Assembly (NCBI GenBank): GCA_964419615.1
Contig: CAYQPU010000003.1
Location: forward strand, 2,707-66,706
Direction: 5' to 3'
Length of the DNA stretch: 64,000 nt
DNA from: an uncultured Methanosarcinales archaeon
Lineage (GTDB): Archaea; Nanobdellota; Nanobdellia; Woesearchaeales; JAGVZT01
Of the stretch, positions 1-10,760 are shown one piece after another. The stretch's first letter is position 1. Each line of letters starts with the position of its first letter. Below the pieces are notes generated by a model. The model saw nothing but the letters and a program-made list of their open reading frames with translations, did no database searches and was not told the origin of the DNA. The position numbers were made by a program, and so were the translations under genes.

Positions 1-134
1 ACAGAAAAATCATTGAAATTCTCATTAATTAAAGCAAAAAGAGTAGGATTACTATTTGAAGAGCTAATTAGTTAATCCAAAAGATTTAAATAACTTAAAA
101 ACCAATAAATTATGGATAACAGTGGAGATTTATA

Positions 135-635
135 ATGACTACAATTAAACAGATAGAATTTGTTGTAAAAAAATTAGCAGGTGAAGAAGTTATTGATCTT
201 GTTAGTTTTCTTAGAAAAAATAAATCTGTTTCTGAATTTAAAATTGCTGAAAATATTGGACAAGAAATTAATACTACTAGAAGTTTATTGTACAGATTAC
301 ATAAAGAAGATTTAGTTCAATCAACAAAAAAAAGAGACAAGGAAACAGGGTGGTATGTTTATTATTGGTCATTTAAAAGATCCAGAGTAAAAGAATTAAT
401 GAATTCCATAAAGGAAAATGAACTTGAAGAGTTAAAAGATAAATTAGACCAAGAACATGGAACAATACATTTTAAATGTAATAGTGGTTGTATAAGGATT
501 GATTTTGACACAGCAACTAATCTTTGTTTTAGATGTCCAGAATGTGGATCAATTATGAGTGACAAAATAAACAGAGAAAATTATATTGATGATTTGAAAT
601 CACAAATACATGTTTTAAAACAAGAAATAAGATAA
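135..635 (+). CDS. tfe: Transcription factor E alpha subunit (TFE/TFIIE-alpha homolog): N-terminal winged helix plus C-terminal Zn ribbon
   Basis: 166 aa; N-terminal wH-like region, then CNSGC...CPECG four-Cys ribbon; size and architecture typical of archaeal TFE. Confidence 0.7.
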   Translation: MTTIKQIEFVVKKLAGEEVIDLVSFLRKNKSVSEFKIAENIGQEINTTRSLLYRLHKEDLVQSTKKRDKETGWYVYYWSFKRSRVKELMNSIKENELEELKDKLDQEHGTIHFKCNSGCIRIDFDTATNLCFRCPECGSIMSDKINRENYIDDLKSQIHVLKQEIR

Positions 636-673
636 AAATTTAAACCACCACAAACAGAAGGTTATAATAACAA

Positions 674-1543
674 ATGAAATTAATGATAGGTATTTCTCCT
701 GATGAAAAGATTGCTAAGAAAGTAGCAAGACTTTCAAAAATTAAATACACTAAACTTGATGTTTCAAAATTCCCAGATAATGAATTCCATATAAGATTTA
801 AAGAAGTTGTAAAAAATAAAATAATCTTTATTTATTTATCACTTTACAATCCAAATGAAAAGATAATTGAAGTACTATTTACTGCTTTGTCAGCAAAGGA
901 ATTTAAAGCAAAAAAAGTTGTATTAATTTCACCTTACCTACCTTATTTAAGAGAAGATAAGGAATTTCATAAAGGAGAAGTTGTTAGTGCAAGAGTGTTT
1001 GCTAAATTAATTAGTATGTGTGTAGATGAACTGATTACTATTGATCCACATTTACATAGAATAAAAGATTTGTCTGAAGTTTTTTCCATTAAAACAACTA
1101 AATTATCTGCGGTTCAACCAATTGTAGATTATATTAAATCTAATTATAAAAATCCAATTATTACTGGACCAGATGAAGAATCAAATCAATGGGCTGAGAG
1201 TGCAGCAAAATTAGTTAATTGTCCAGTTTATGTTTTTAAGAAAAAAAGGTATAATGCGAAAAAAGTTAAAGTAACTTCAAATATAAAGGAAGATTTGAGT
1301 AAATATAATGTTATTATTGTTGATGATATTATTAGTACAGGCCATACAATAGAACAAACAATTAATAATTTAAAGAAAAAAGGTGCTAAAAATATTATAT
1401 GTATTTGTGTTCACGGAATTTTTACTGGAAATTCTTTAAAAAGACTTAATAAAACTGGTGCAAAGATTATTACAACTAATAGTATTCAAAATAAAAAATC
1501 AAAAATAGATCTATCAAAGATGATAGCAAATAAAATCAAATAG
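674..1543 (+). CDS. prs: Ribose-phosphate pyrophosphokinase (PRPP synthetase)
   Basis: 289 aa; PRPP-binding loop VIIVDDIISTGHT and DPHLH motif typical of Prs. Confidence 0.85.
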   Translation: MKLMIGISPDEKIAKKVARLSKIKYTKLDVSKFPDNEFHIRFKEVVKNKIIFIYLSLYNPNEKIIEVLFTALSAKEFKAKKVVLISPYLPYLREDKEFHKGEVVSARVFAKLISMCVDELITIDPHLHRIKDLSEVFSIKTTKLSAVQPIVDYIKSNYKNPIITGPDEESNQWAESAAKLVNCPVYVFKKKRYNAKKVKVTSNIKEDLSKYNVIIVDDIISTGHTIEQTINNLKKKGAKNIICICVHGIFTGNSLKRLNKTGAKIITTNSIQNKKSKIDLSKMIANKIK

Positions 1544-1545
1544 AG

Positions 1546-1812
1546 TTATTTCTTTTTTCTCTTTTTAGGCTTTTTTCTTTTAGTAGGTTTTCTAGTTCTT
1601 TTTGCAAGAGCTCTTTCAATTTTCCTTTCTTCAGCCTCAATTTTCATTTCTTCTTTGAGTATTCTCTTAGTTAATCTATGGATATTTGAATCTATTCTGG
1701 CAATCCTTCTTTCAACTAATACAAGGATTCTCAAACAATAAACAATACCTGCTAATGTTCCTAAAATTACAGCAAGAATAACTCCTTCCATACTCAGAGT
1801 AGTCATAACCAT
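1546..1812 (-). CDS. Small hypothetical protein, one TM helix plus Lys/Arg-rich C-terminal tail
   Basis: 88 aa; hydrophobic N-terminus then KRKKPKKRKKK tail; no recognisable family. Confidence 0.3.
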   Translation of the reverse strand: MVMTTLSMEGVILAVILGTLAGIVYCLRILVLVERRIARIDSNIHRLTKRILKEEMKIEAEERKIERALAKRTRKPTKRKKPKKRKKK

Positions 1813-1873
1813 TTCTCCACCTCTTTAGACTAATTATTCTAATATAGAAAAAGGTTATTTAAATAGTTTTTGA

Positions 1874-2710
1874 TTAATAATTATTTCCAATTCCAATATA
1901 ATAAACAAAATCATTTTCTATACTAAATTGTCTCTCTCTTAAAAAACAATTAATTAAATCTTCAGTCTTTTGTTCAGATATACCAGACATGTCTCCTAGT
2001 TCATACAATTTTGAGAGAGGAATACCTTTTTCTCCATTTGTTTGTACAGCTAATTTTATAACTCCTGCTTCCTTTTTTCCAGGAATTATATGATGATCTC
2101 TACATCTTGCTTGATAATCTAGTTCACCTACAACAATCAATTCTTCACTATAATGAGATGGATTTCCATCTTCGCTAAATCTTTGAGTATAATTAACATT
2201 TCTTCTAGTACAATCTGGATCTTCACAAATTGCTAATAATTCTGATACCTCATCACTTACTTCTATTAAATCAAAAATGGTTGCACGATAATCACTAAAC
2301 ATAAATGGTTCTCCTCTAAAACTTTTGTCTAACCCTTCCCAAAGAAAATAAGTATGATTATCAAGGGAAGAAATAAATTGTAAAATACCACTATCTAAAA
2401 ATTGAGTTTCAGATACAGCAATAACTACATTAGGTTTTCCAAATCTTCTTTCAGCTTCTTTTCTTGCTTCAAACAATAACCCTTTTAGTTGACCTGAATT
2501 CAAAACAGGGTAAACACCTTCATCAATAATTAAACCATCTCTTGATTGAATAGTTTTTGTTGGATCTCCATCAAATATATCTTTAAGAGCTTCAACTATC
2601 CTATCATCAATAGGAGATTTGACAATTCTCATAACATATTTTTTAGAATCTGCAAATTTTGTTAATCTTTTACACATTCTAATAAATTCATTAGTTTTAC
2701 CTCCACCCAT
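1874..2710 (-). CDS. tdk: Thymidine kinase-like protein (TK1 family) with C-terminal extension
   Basis: P-loop GGGKT at N-terminus (upstream in-frame codons read IGP-MGGGKT with no ATG/GTG/TTG); VIAVSETQFL Walker-B-like; FRGEPF and Cys-containing lasso-like region resemble TK1; extra ~80 aa at C-terminus. Confidence 0.5.
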   Translation of the reverse strand: MGGGKTNEFIRMCKRLTKFADSKKYVMRIVKSPIDDRIVEALKDIFDGDPTKTIQSRDGLIIDEGVYPVLNSGQLKGLLFEARKEAERRFGKPNVVIAVSETQFLDSGILQFISSLDNHTYFLWEGLDKSFRGEPFMFSDYRATIFDLIEVSDEVSELLAICEDPDCTRRNVNYTQRFSEDGNPSHYSEELIVVGELDYQARCRDHHIIPGKKEAGVIKLAVQTNGEKGIPLSKLYELGDMSGISEQKTEDLINCFLRERQFSIENDFVYYIGIGNNY

Positions 2711-2861
2711 TGGACCTATTAAACCTTCAACTGTACCAAAAAGATTATCTAATGTTTTTATTCAAACCACCTCAAAATAAATAAAATAAAATAAGGTTTA
2801 ATAAACATTTATATTTTAAATAAGTAGTAATAAAATTGAACAAAAAAAGAAGAATTTAAAA

Positions 2862-3659
2862 TTAAACAGCTTTCATGTCTTTCCAGTGTGAGTTAAACAT
2901 TTTCTCAAAAGCAGATGCAAAATATTCTGTTTTAACCCAAACTCCAACATCATAGCTTGGATGTACATTCCCATCATCCATTACCATAAATGATATGTCC
3001 TGACCATCAATTACCATGAATCTTGCATCAATGTTACTTTTTCTAACATCAGCATATTTTGATATTTCTTTAACTAAACTTTCATGTTTTTTATTGAAAT
3101 CAGCAGCAATCTTAATTTTAACACCTTTGTCCTTAGCTTTCTTTAATACCTTTCTAAATTCATTGTGTTTTCTAACAATCCCTTCAGCAGATGTAACCAT
3201 AACAATTGATTTTTCAGCACCTTTTATTAAGGATTCAAGATGAGCATATAATCTACTTCTTCCTTTAAATGCTCCAGATAACTCAGTTGGTTCCACAAGA
3301 TCTATTCCTGTTTTGTGTAACAAATTAAGTTCTGTTAACAACTCACTATCTTTAAAATGATTTAAAACATCTGTTTGCTTATCAGCATCTAATTTAATCT
3401 TTTTCTTAACTCTTTCAATAACCTCTTCAGGAGCTACTGCAATATATTTTATAGGTTTATCAATTTTTATAACTATAAATCCTTTTTTTTCCAAACTTTC
3501 CAAAACATCATAACTTCTTGATCTTGGTACATTTGCTATATCACTTAACTCGCCTGCTGTTGAAACACCTCTTGAAAGAAGAGCTGCCCATAATTTTGCT
3601 TCATAACTATTTAAACCAAAGTCCCTTAGTCTATTCAAAAAATCTGATTCCACAATCAT
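2862..3659 (-). CDS. TrmB-family transcriptional regulator (HTH plus C-terminal sensor domain)
   Basis: 265 aa; N-terminal LNSYEAKLWAALLSRGVSTAGELSDIANVPRSRSYDVLESLEKKGF is a classic TrmB wHTH. Confidence 0.7.
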   Translation of the reverse strand: MIVESDFLNRLRDFGLNSYEAKLWAALLSRGVSTAGELSDIANVPRSRSYDVLESLEKKGFIVIKIDKPIKYIAVAPEEVIERVKKKIKLDADKQTDVLNHFKDSELLTELNLLHKTGIDLVEPTELSGAFKGRSRLYAHLESLIKGAEKSIVMVTSAEGIVRKHNEFRKVLKKAKDKGVKIKIAADFNKKHESLVKEISKYADVRKSNIDARFMVIDGQDISFMVMDDGNVHPSYDVGVWVKTEYFASAFEKMFNSHWKDMKAV

Positions 3660-3699
3660 TTTATAACCTCATTTACGTTAATATAATCACACCAGTCTT

Positions 3700-4108
3700 T
3701 TTTTAAGAATAACTTAACAAAAGGGTAATATAATTGGTATATAAATCTTTCCTTATTTCATTATCCTCTAGTAATAAAAAAGGAGATACACCTTTATTTC
3801 TAGTGGAAATAATTTAATTGAAAAATTTGCTGTGGTTTTTTTCTTTATTTATATATGGAATTTGAAAATGCTGTTTGTTATTATTATTATTTTTCAATAT
3901 TGAAATATAATATAATAATATATAATATTAATTATATAATTAATAATAATAATAAACAAAAAATAAAGTTTAAATTTATTAAAAAAATAGGTTGATTTTT
4001 TTGTAATTATCTATTTCCAGTTGAAATCAAGGAGTGAGAACACAACTTAAACAAACTATATTTTTAATCATAAAAAGGCTTATATACCTATATTTCATTT
4101 GGAAGATT
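3700..4108. promoter_or_regulatory. Candidate replication origin (oriC) / cdc6 promoter region: ORB-like TTCTAGTGGAAAT and TTCCAGTTGAAAT elements flanking an extremely AT-rich palindromic stretch
   Basis: ORB-like cores at 3799-3813 and 4014-4029; 3880-3960 is near-pure A/T with inverted repeats (tttcaatattgaaa); immediately upstream of orc1/cdc6. Confidence 0.45.
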
Positions 4109-5317
4109 ATGGCTCAGAAAAACCTAGATAGGTTCTTTGAAAATTATCTTAAGAAAGAATCTTTGTTTATGAATAAAAAGGTTTTACAGAGTGCTTACAC
4201 CCCTAATAGTATTCCTCATCGAGATGAACAAATTCAAACTATGGCTGAAATCTTAGCTCCTTGTTTAAAACTTGAGAAACCAAGTAATATATTTATTTAT
4301 GGAAAGACTGGAACTGGTAAAACTGTTAGTGTTAAGTATACAACTAATAAATTAGTTGAAATAGCTAATAAGAAAAATATTGAGTTAAAATTTATTTATC
4401 TTAATTGTAAGCTTAAAAGAGTTGCTGATACAGAGTATAGACTAATTGCTCAACTTGCAAGAGATCTTGGAAAGGCAATTCCTCCAACTGGTCTTCCAAC
4501 AGATGAAGTTTATAAGATATTTTTTGAGGCGCTTGATAAAGAAGAGTGTTTAATTGTAATTGTTTTAGATGAAATAGATCAGTTAGTAAAAAAGGCAGGA
4601 GATGGTATTTTATATAATTTAACAAGAATTAATTCTGAACTTGAGAGATCTCAGATCTCTGTAGTTGGAATATCTAATGATTTAACCTTTACAGATACTT
4701 TGGATCCCAGAATTAAATCTTCATTAAGTGAAGAAGAATTAGTATTTCCTCCTTATAATGCCTTACAAATTCAAGATATTTTAAATCATAGAAAACAAAT
4801 TGCATTTAAACCAGATGTGATTGAATCTGGAGTTATTGAAAAATGTTCAGCATTTGCTGCAAGAGAACATGGGGATGCAAGAAGAGCCTTGGAATTAATG
4901 AGAGTTGCTGCTGAAATTGCTGAGAGAAAAAACCTAAATAAAGTTTCTTTGGAACATATTGATATTGCTGAAGAAAAGATTGAAAGAGATAGGGTACTAG
5001 ATTTAGTAAAAACTCAACCAAAGCAGTTTCAAGCTACATTATACAGTATTTTGATCAGTTGTTCTAAAAAAGATAAGTTAATGCTAACTGGTGAAGTTTA
5101 TGAATTTTACAAATCAATTTGTCTTAAAGTTGGAATGAGACCACTCACTCAAAGAAGAATTTCTGATATTATTGCAGAGTTGGATATGTTAGGAATTATT
5201 AATGCTAAGGTTATTTCTAAAGGGAGATATGGTAGAACTAGAGAAATTACTTTAGCTGTTCCATATTCTACTATCCCTAAAATCCAGAATATTTTACATC
5301 AGGATCTTGATTTGTGA
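4034..5317 (+). CDS. cdc6: Orc1/Cdc6 replication initiator (AAA+ plus C-terminal winged helix)
   Basis: Walker A GKTGTGKT, Walker B VLDEID; the 4034 start is GTG, real start more likely ATG at 4109 (MAQKNLDRFF). Confidence 0.9.
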   Translation: MRTQLKQTIFLIIKRLIYLYFIWKIMAQKNLDRFFENYLKKESLFMNKKVLQSAYTPNSIPHRDEQIQTMAEILAPCLKLEKPSNIFIYGKTGTGKTVSVKYTTNKLVEIANKKNIELKFIYLNCKLKRVADTEYRLIAQLARDLGKAIPPTGLPTDEVYKIFFEALDKEECLIVIVLDEIDQLVKKAGDGILYNLTRINSELERSQISVVGISNDLTFTDTLDPRIKSSLSEEELVFPPYNALQIQDILNHRKQIAFKPDVIESGVIEKCSAFAAREHGDARRALELMRVAAEIAERKNLNKVSLEHIDIAEEKIERDRVLDLVKTQPKQFQATLYSILISCSKKDKLMLTGEVYEFYKSICLKVGMRPLTQRRISDIIAELDMLGIINAKVISKGRYGRTREITLAVPYSTIPKIQNILHQDLDL

Positions 5318-5322
5318 TCTAA

Positions 5323-6927
5323 ATGGTAGAACAGACTAATATAAATAAAAATCTTGTAGACCAATTTTTAGAAAAGGGTTATTTAATTAGTCCAGATTTG
5401 TTTGAATCAAATACTTGTTTTGAAGATTGTGATTTAATCTTTAAAACATTGGAAAATCATCCTAATTTAATGGTATTTACCAAGTATCTAAATGAATTTT
5501 TAGTAAGTAAACAAATAGATAATTTTAATTGGGATGAAATGGAAAAATCAAGAGCCTTGTTTGAAAGAAGGAAAAAAAAAGAAGTTTATGAAAAATTCTT
5601 AGATTATCTTAATAATCAATCAAATGAATCCTTAGGGGATAGTGAAAATTTATATAATAATCTCCCAGAGAATATTTCTATATTAAATGAATATACTGAA
5701 AATACTAGTAAAAGATCTATTCAAGATTTTATTAATTTGTTTAATATAAGATATAATAATATTAGAAAATTTCTTGTTAATAGAAGAGAACTTCAAAGTG
5801 TAAATTCTATTGGAAGACTTAGAAATAAAACAGATAGACAAAGTGTTTCAATAATTGGTATGGTTACGGATAAAAGATTAACTAAAAATAAACATCTGAT
5901 GTTAAGATTAGAGGATCCCACAGGATCTATTAATGTTCTTATAAATAAAAATAGATCTGAATTAATGAATATGGGTAAAGATGTTGTATTAGATGAAATT
6001 ATTGGAGTTACAGGTACTAGTGCTGGAAATATTATTTTTGTAGATAATTTTGTTTATCCTGATTTACCATCTTATACAGAACTTAAAAAAGCTCCTTTAG
6101 AATCTTATTTATTGATTTTATCTGATCTTCATGTAGGTTCAGGAAATTTTATGGAAGAAGAATTTAATAGGTTCTTAGATTGGATAAATGGTAAGGTTGG
6201 TAATGATAAACAAAAATCTTTAGCAAGTAAAATTACTCATATAGTTATTCTTGGTGATTTGGTAGAAGGAGTTGGGATTTATCCTGGTCAAGAAGATGAA
6301 TTAGTTATTTTGGATATTGTTGATCAATATAAAAAATGTGCAGATCTTTTAAGTAAAATTCCAACTCATATTAAATTGATAATTATTCCTGGAAATCATG
6401 ATGTGGCAAGAATGGCTGAACCTCAACCTCCACTTTACAAAGACCTTGCAGCTCCTATTTGGAAACTACCAAATTCAATTATGTTAGGTAATCCTTCATT
6501 CATTAATATTATGTCAACAGATACTTTCCCTGGATTTGATCTTTTATTATATCATGGATATAGTTTTATTTATTATGCTGAAAATGTGGATTCTATTAGA
6601 CAAAATGGTGGAGTGGATAGAGCTGACTTAATCATGAAATTTTTACTGCAAAGAAGACATATTGCACCAACACATTCTTCAAATCTTTATATCCCACATG
6701 CAGACAAAGATCCTCTCTTAATTAGTAAATCTCCTGATTTCTTTTTAACAGGACATCTTCATAAATGTATTGCAGCTAATTACAAAAATACTACTATGAT
6801 ATCTGGAAGTTGTTGGGAATCCAACACTAGTTTTATGGATAAGTTGGGAGTACAAGCTGAACCTGCAAGAGTTCCAATTATTAATTTACAAACCAGAAAA
6901 GTAAAAATAATGAGGTTTGAAAAATGA
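5323..6927 (+). CDS. DNA polymerase II (PolD) small subunit DP1, calcineurin-like phosphoesterase/exonuclease
   Basis: 534 aa; LSDLHVGS, GNHD phosphoesterase motifs; overlaps DP2 start by ATGA. Confidence 0.85.
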   Translation: MVEQTNINKNLVDQFLEKGYLISPDLFESNTCFEDCDLIFKTLENHPNLMVFTKYLNEFLVSKQIDNFNWDEMEKSRALFERRKKKEVYEKFLDYLNNQSNESLGDSENLYNNLPENISILNEYTENTSKRSIQDFINLFNIRYNNIRKFLVNRRELQSVNSIGRLRNKTDRQSVSIIGMVTDKRLTKNKHLMLRLEDPTGSINVLINKNRSELMNMGKDVVLDEIIGVTGTSAGNIIFVDNFVYPDLPSYTELKKAPLESYLLILSDLHVGSGNFMEEEFNRFLDWINGKVGNDKQKSLASKITHIVILGDLVEGVGIYPGQEDELVILDIVDQYKKCADLLSKIPTHIKLIIIPGNHDVARMAEPQPPLYKDLAAPIWKLPNSIMLGNPSFINIMSTDTFPGFDLLLYHGYSFIYYAENVDSIRQNGGVDRADLIMKFLLQRRHIAPTHSSNLYIPHADKDPLLISKSPDFFLTGHLHKCIAANYKNTTMISGSCWESNTSFMDKLGVQAEPARVPIINLQTRKVKIMRFEK

Positions 6928-9900
6928 TTGCAGCAAGTGCTGAGATAAAATCTTACTTTAAGAAAATTGAAGGAGATCTTAATAAATCTTATAAATTTGC
7001 AGAATTAGCAAGAAAAAAAGGATATGATCCCGAAGATAAAGTAGATATTCCTCTTGCAAGAAATATGCAGGAAAGAGTAGAGGGTTTAATTTCAATTGTT
7101 GCACCACAGCTTGTCGATTCTGGAATGATTGATAGGATTCATGAACTTGAAAAAAACTACAGTATCTTGGATTGGAGAGTTGCTTTGATTATAGCTGTGG
7201 AAGTTGCTCAAGAAAAATTTTGTAAATTTAAAACAAAAAAAGAAGCATTAGAAGTTGGGATAAGAACTGGATTTGCATACCACACATTAGGTATAGTTGC
7301 AGCCCCCTTAGAAGGATTTATTGAATTAGAAATTAAAAAAAGACAAGATGGAAAAGAGTACTTATCTCCAAAATATGCAGGTCCAATAAGAGGTGCAGGA
7401 GGAACGGCTGCTGCATTTTCAGTTATTTTAACAGATTATGTAAGAAAACAAATGGGTTATCATCCTTATGACCCTACTGACAAGGAAATTGAGAGGTATG
7501 CAGTTGAGATTAGAGATTATCATGAAAGAGTAACCAATTTACAATATTATCCTTCTGAGGATGAAATTAAGTTTTTGATTAAAAATATCCCTGTTGAGGT
7601 TAATGGTGATCCTACTGAAAAAATTGAAGTTTCTCAACATAAGGATCTCCCCAGAGTTGATACTCCCCGAGTTAGAGGAGGTGTGTGTTTGGTTGTTGCA
7701 GAAGGTTTAACACAAAAAGCACCTAAACTTTGGAAACGACTTGCAAGCTGGGGAGAAGAATTTGGTTTAGAATGGGGATTTTTGTCAGAGTTTATTGATT
7801 TACAAAAAAAGATTAAGGCAGGAGTTAAGGTAAAAAAAGAAGTTGATCAAAAGGTTACACCTAATTATACTTATATTAAGGACTTGGTTGCAGGAAGACC
7901 AGTATTAACACATCCACTAAGAAAAGGAGGATTCAGACTCAGATATGGACATAGTAGAGTAAATGGAATGTCAAGTGCTTCAATTCATCCAGCAACACAA
8001 TTTGTATTAGATAAGTACATTGCATCAGGAACACAATTAAAAGTTGAAAGACCTGGTAAAGCTGCTGCTGTTACAACATGTGATACTATTGAAGGTCCTA
8101 TTGTAAAATTAAAAGATTCAAGTGTTGTTCAAATTAATTCAGTAAAAGAAGCTAAGCAGTATTTGGGAGCTGTTTCTGAAATTATTTATTTGGGGGATAT
8201 TTTGTTTAATTATGGAGATTTTAGTGAAAATAATCATGTGCTGATTCCTCCTGGTTATTGTGAAGAATGGTGGGTTAAGGAACTTGAAAAAGATGTTGTT
8301 AACATGTTTGGTTCACTTGATTATGAAAAATTAAGTGAATTATTAGATGTTCAAACTAATAAAATAAATAATCTGATTAATTCAAATGAATTTGATGTTA
8401 ATGTATGTTTTCAAATTAGTAATCAGACAAAAGTACCTTTACATCCAAAATTTACTTTTTTTTGGAACTCAATTAATCCAGATGAATTAAGTCAATTAGT
8501 ATCTTGGTTTGAAAAAATTAGAATTATTAAAGATGGAGATAAAATTAAAAGATTTGTACTTCCATTAACAGATGAAAAATTAATTATTGAAAAATTAGGG
8601 GTTCCCTATAAAGTTGTTACAAATGAATTTGTGATTTTAAGTGCAGAGTTGGGTATTACTTTTATGAATATTTTAAATCTTGAAAAATTAACTCTTTTGG
8701 AATGTAAAAACATAATTAAGACTAATAAAAATAAAGATACTTTAGAAATAATTAATATGATTTCTCCTGTAATTATTCGGGATAAAGGAGGCACATTTAT
8801 TGGTGCAAGGATGGGAAGACCTGAAAAAGCTAAGATGAGAACTTTAAGAGGATCTCCCCATGTTTTGTTTCCTGTTGGAGATGAAGGAGGTAGGTTAAGG
8901 TCAATTTTGGCAGCTAGAGATGTTGGACAAATAACTGCAGATTTTCCAATTTATTATTGTGATAGTTGTGATAAGGAATCAGTTTTTAGCGTATGTGATA
9001 TTTGTGATAAAAAAATAAATAAAAAGTTTTATTGTAAAGAATGTGGAGTTGTAGATAATGAAGAATGTCAACATGGTCCAACTTATACTTATTCAAAAAG
9101 AAGCATAGATATCAATAACCTTTTATCATCATCTTTAAAAAAAATTAAATTTAGGGCAACACCTGATCTTATTAAGGGAGTAAGGGGAACTTCAAACAAA
9201 GATCATATTCCTGAACATATAATTAAGGGGATATTAAGAGCAAAACATGATATCTTTGTTAACAAAGATGGAACAACAAGATATGATATGTCTGAACTGG
9301 CCATTTCCCATTTTAAACCAAAAGAGATAGGTACAAATGTTGAAACACTCATTAAATTAGGATATAAAAAAGATATAACTGGAAAACCTTTGGAAAATGA
9401 AGATCAATTACTTGAGATTAAGCCTCAAGATATAATTCTTCCTGGAAATAGAAATAATCCTGATGAAGCAGCTGATGTTGTTTTGTTTAGAACTGCAAAT
9501 TTTGTTGATGAATTATTAAGAAAGTTTTATGGTCAAAAATCTTTTTACAAACTAAAGCAACCTACTGATATTGTAGGACATTTAGTCATTGGATTAGCCC
9601 CACACATATCCGCAGGTATGGTGGGAAGAATTATAGGTTTTTCAAAGATTCAAGGCTGTTTTGCGCATCCCCTTTGGCATGCAGCTTTGAGAAGAGATTG
9701 TGATGGAGATGAATGTTGTGTTATATTATTAATGGATGCATTACTTAATTTTTCAAGACAATTTCTTCCAGATAAAAGGGGTGGAAGAACAATGGATGCT
9801 CCTTTGGTATTAAGTTCAAAATTAATACCTTCAGAAGTAGATGATATGGTTCATGGAATAGATGTTGTATGGAGTTATCCTTTGGAGTTTTATGAGGCTT

Positions 9901-10448
9901 GTATGAATTACAAATATCCAAGAGAAGTGGATATTGATCAAATAGGAGATAGATTAGATACTCCTGGTCAATATGAGTCAATGGGATTTACCCATGATAC
10001 AACTAATTTTAATCATGGAGTTTTATGTTCTGCCTATAAAATCCTTCCAACAATGCAGGAAAAACTGTCTGGACAGATGGAAATTGCTAAGAAAGTAAGA
10101 GCTGTTGATCAAAGGCATGTTGCAGATCTAGTTATAAATAAACATTTTATAAAAGATATAAAGGGTAATCTTAGAAAATTTTCAATGCAACAATTCAGAT
10201 GTGTTAAATGTAATACAAAATACAGAAGACCTCCTCTTGCTGGTAAATGTAGATGTGGTGGGAAAATAATATTTACTATTTCTGAAGGTTCTATTGTCAA
10301 ATATCTTGAGCCAAGTATAAGTTTGGCTGAAAAATATGAAGTTTCAGATTACCTTAAACAAACTCTAGATTTGACAAAAAGAAGGATTGAGGCTGTATTT
10401 GGTAAAGATAAAGAAAAACAAGAAGATTTGGGTAAATGGTTTGATTAA
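6924..10448 (+). CDS. DNA polymerase II (PolD) large catalytic subunit DP2
   Basis: 1174 aa; characteristic DP2 size, internal and C-terminal Cys clusters (CDSCDK...CDICDK; CVKCNTKYRRPPLAGKCRCGG); translationally coupled to DP1. Confidence 0.9.
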   Translation: MIAASAEIKSYFKKIEGDLNKSYKFAELARKKGYDPEDKVDIPLARNMQERVEGLISIVAPQLVDSGMIDRIHELEKNYSILDWRVALIIAVEVAQEKFCKFKTKKEALEVGIRTGFAYHTLGIVAAPLEGFIELEIKKRQDGKEYLSPKYAGPIRGAGGTAAAFSVILTDYVRKQMGYHPYDPTDKEIERYAVEIRDYHERVTNLQYYPSEDEIKFLIKNIPVEVNGDPTEKIEVSQHKDLPRVDTPRVRGGVCLVVAEGLTQKAPKLWKRLASWGEEFGLEWGFLSEFIDLQKKIKAGVKVKKEVDQKVTPNYTYIKDLVAGRPVLTHPLRKGGFRLRYGHSRVNGMSSASIHPATQFVLDKYIASGTQLKVERPGKAAAVTTCDTIEGPIVKLKDSSVVQINSVKEAKQYLGAVSEIIYLGDILFNYGDFSENNHVLIPPGYCEEWWVKELEKDVVNMFGSLDYEKLSELLDVQTNKINNLINSNEFDVNVCFQISNQTKVPLHPKFTFFWNSINPDELSQLVSWFEKIRIIKDGDKIKRFVLPLTDEKLIIEKLGVPYKVVTNEFVILSAELGITFMNILNLEKLTLLECKNIIKTNKNKDTLEIINMISPVIIRDKGGTFIGARMGRPEKAKMRTLRGSPHVLFPVGDEGGRLRSILAARDVGQITADFPIYYCDSCDKESVFSVCDICDKKINKKFYCKECGVVDNEECQHGPTYTYSKRSIDINNLLSSSLKKIKFRATPDLIKGVRGTSNKDHIPEHIIKGILRAKHDIFVNKDGTTRYDMSELAISHFKPKEIGTNVETLIKLGYKKDITGKPLENEDQLLEIKPQDIILPGNRNNPDEAADVVLFRTANFVDELLRKFYGQKSFYKLKQPTDIVGHLVIGLAPHISAGMVGRIIGFSKIQGCFAHPLWHAALRRDCDGDECCVILLMDALLNFSRQFLPDKRGGRTMDAPLVLSSKLIPSEVDDMVHGIDVVWSYPLEFYEACMNYKYPREVDIDQIGDRLDTPGQYESMGFTHDTTNFNHGVLCSAYKILPTMQEKLSGQMEIAKKVRAVDQRHVADLVINKHFIKDIKGNLRKFSMQQFRCVKCNTKYRRPPLAGKCRCGGKIIFTISEGSIVKYLEPSISLAEKYEVSDYLKQTLDLTKRRIEAVFGKDKEKQEDLGKWFD

Positions 10449-10466
10449 GCTATGACAAATTGAATT

Positions 10467-10760
10467 TCACATTCTTATCATGTAAGCATAGGGGATGTTT
10501 TGTATTCTCTGTATATTTTCTTTATGTACTACACCACATTCAATACATAAACTTACTGATTTTTTACCTACTGCATTAATTGAGTAAGCAGTTTTTGTTA
10601 ACTCTTTAATTTGTTTTGGATCTTCTTCTTGTCCATTATAAAAATCAGCTGATGTGTCAATTACTTTTTCATCTTGCTCAAATTTCTGTCCAATTAGTTC
10701 TTTATCACAAATTACTAAAATCAGTTTATTATCAGGAGAAATGTGTTTCTTTATTATCAT
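10467..10760 (-). CDS. Hypothetical small conserved protein
   Basis: 97 aa ORF, CIECG motif; no confident family assignment. Confidence 0.3.
   Translation of the reverse strand: MIIKKHISPDNKLILVICDKELIGQKFEQDEKVIDTSADFYNGQEEDPKQIKELTKTAYSINAVGKKSVSLCIECGVVHKENIQRIQNIPYAYMIRM

Noticed and set aside
3016-3706. Short antisense ORFs inside trmB (3016-3243, 3518-3706) and many similar antisense ORFs inside mcm, polD, cdc48, leuS and others
   Set aside because: Low-complexity hydrophobic translations typical of AT-rich antisense frames; fully contained within well-supported genes.
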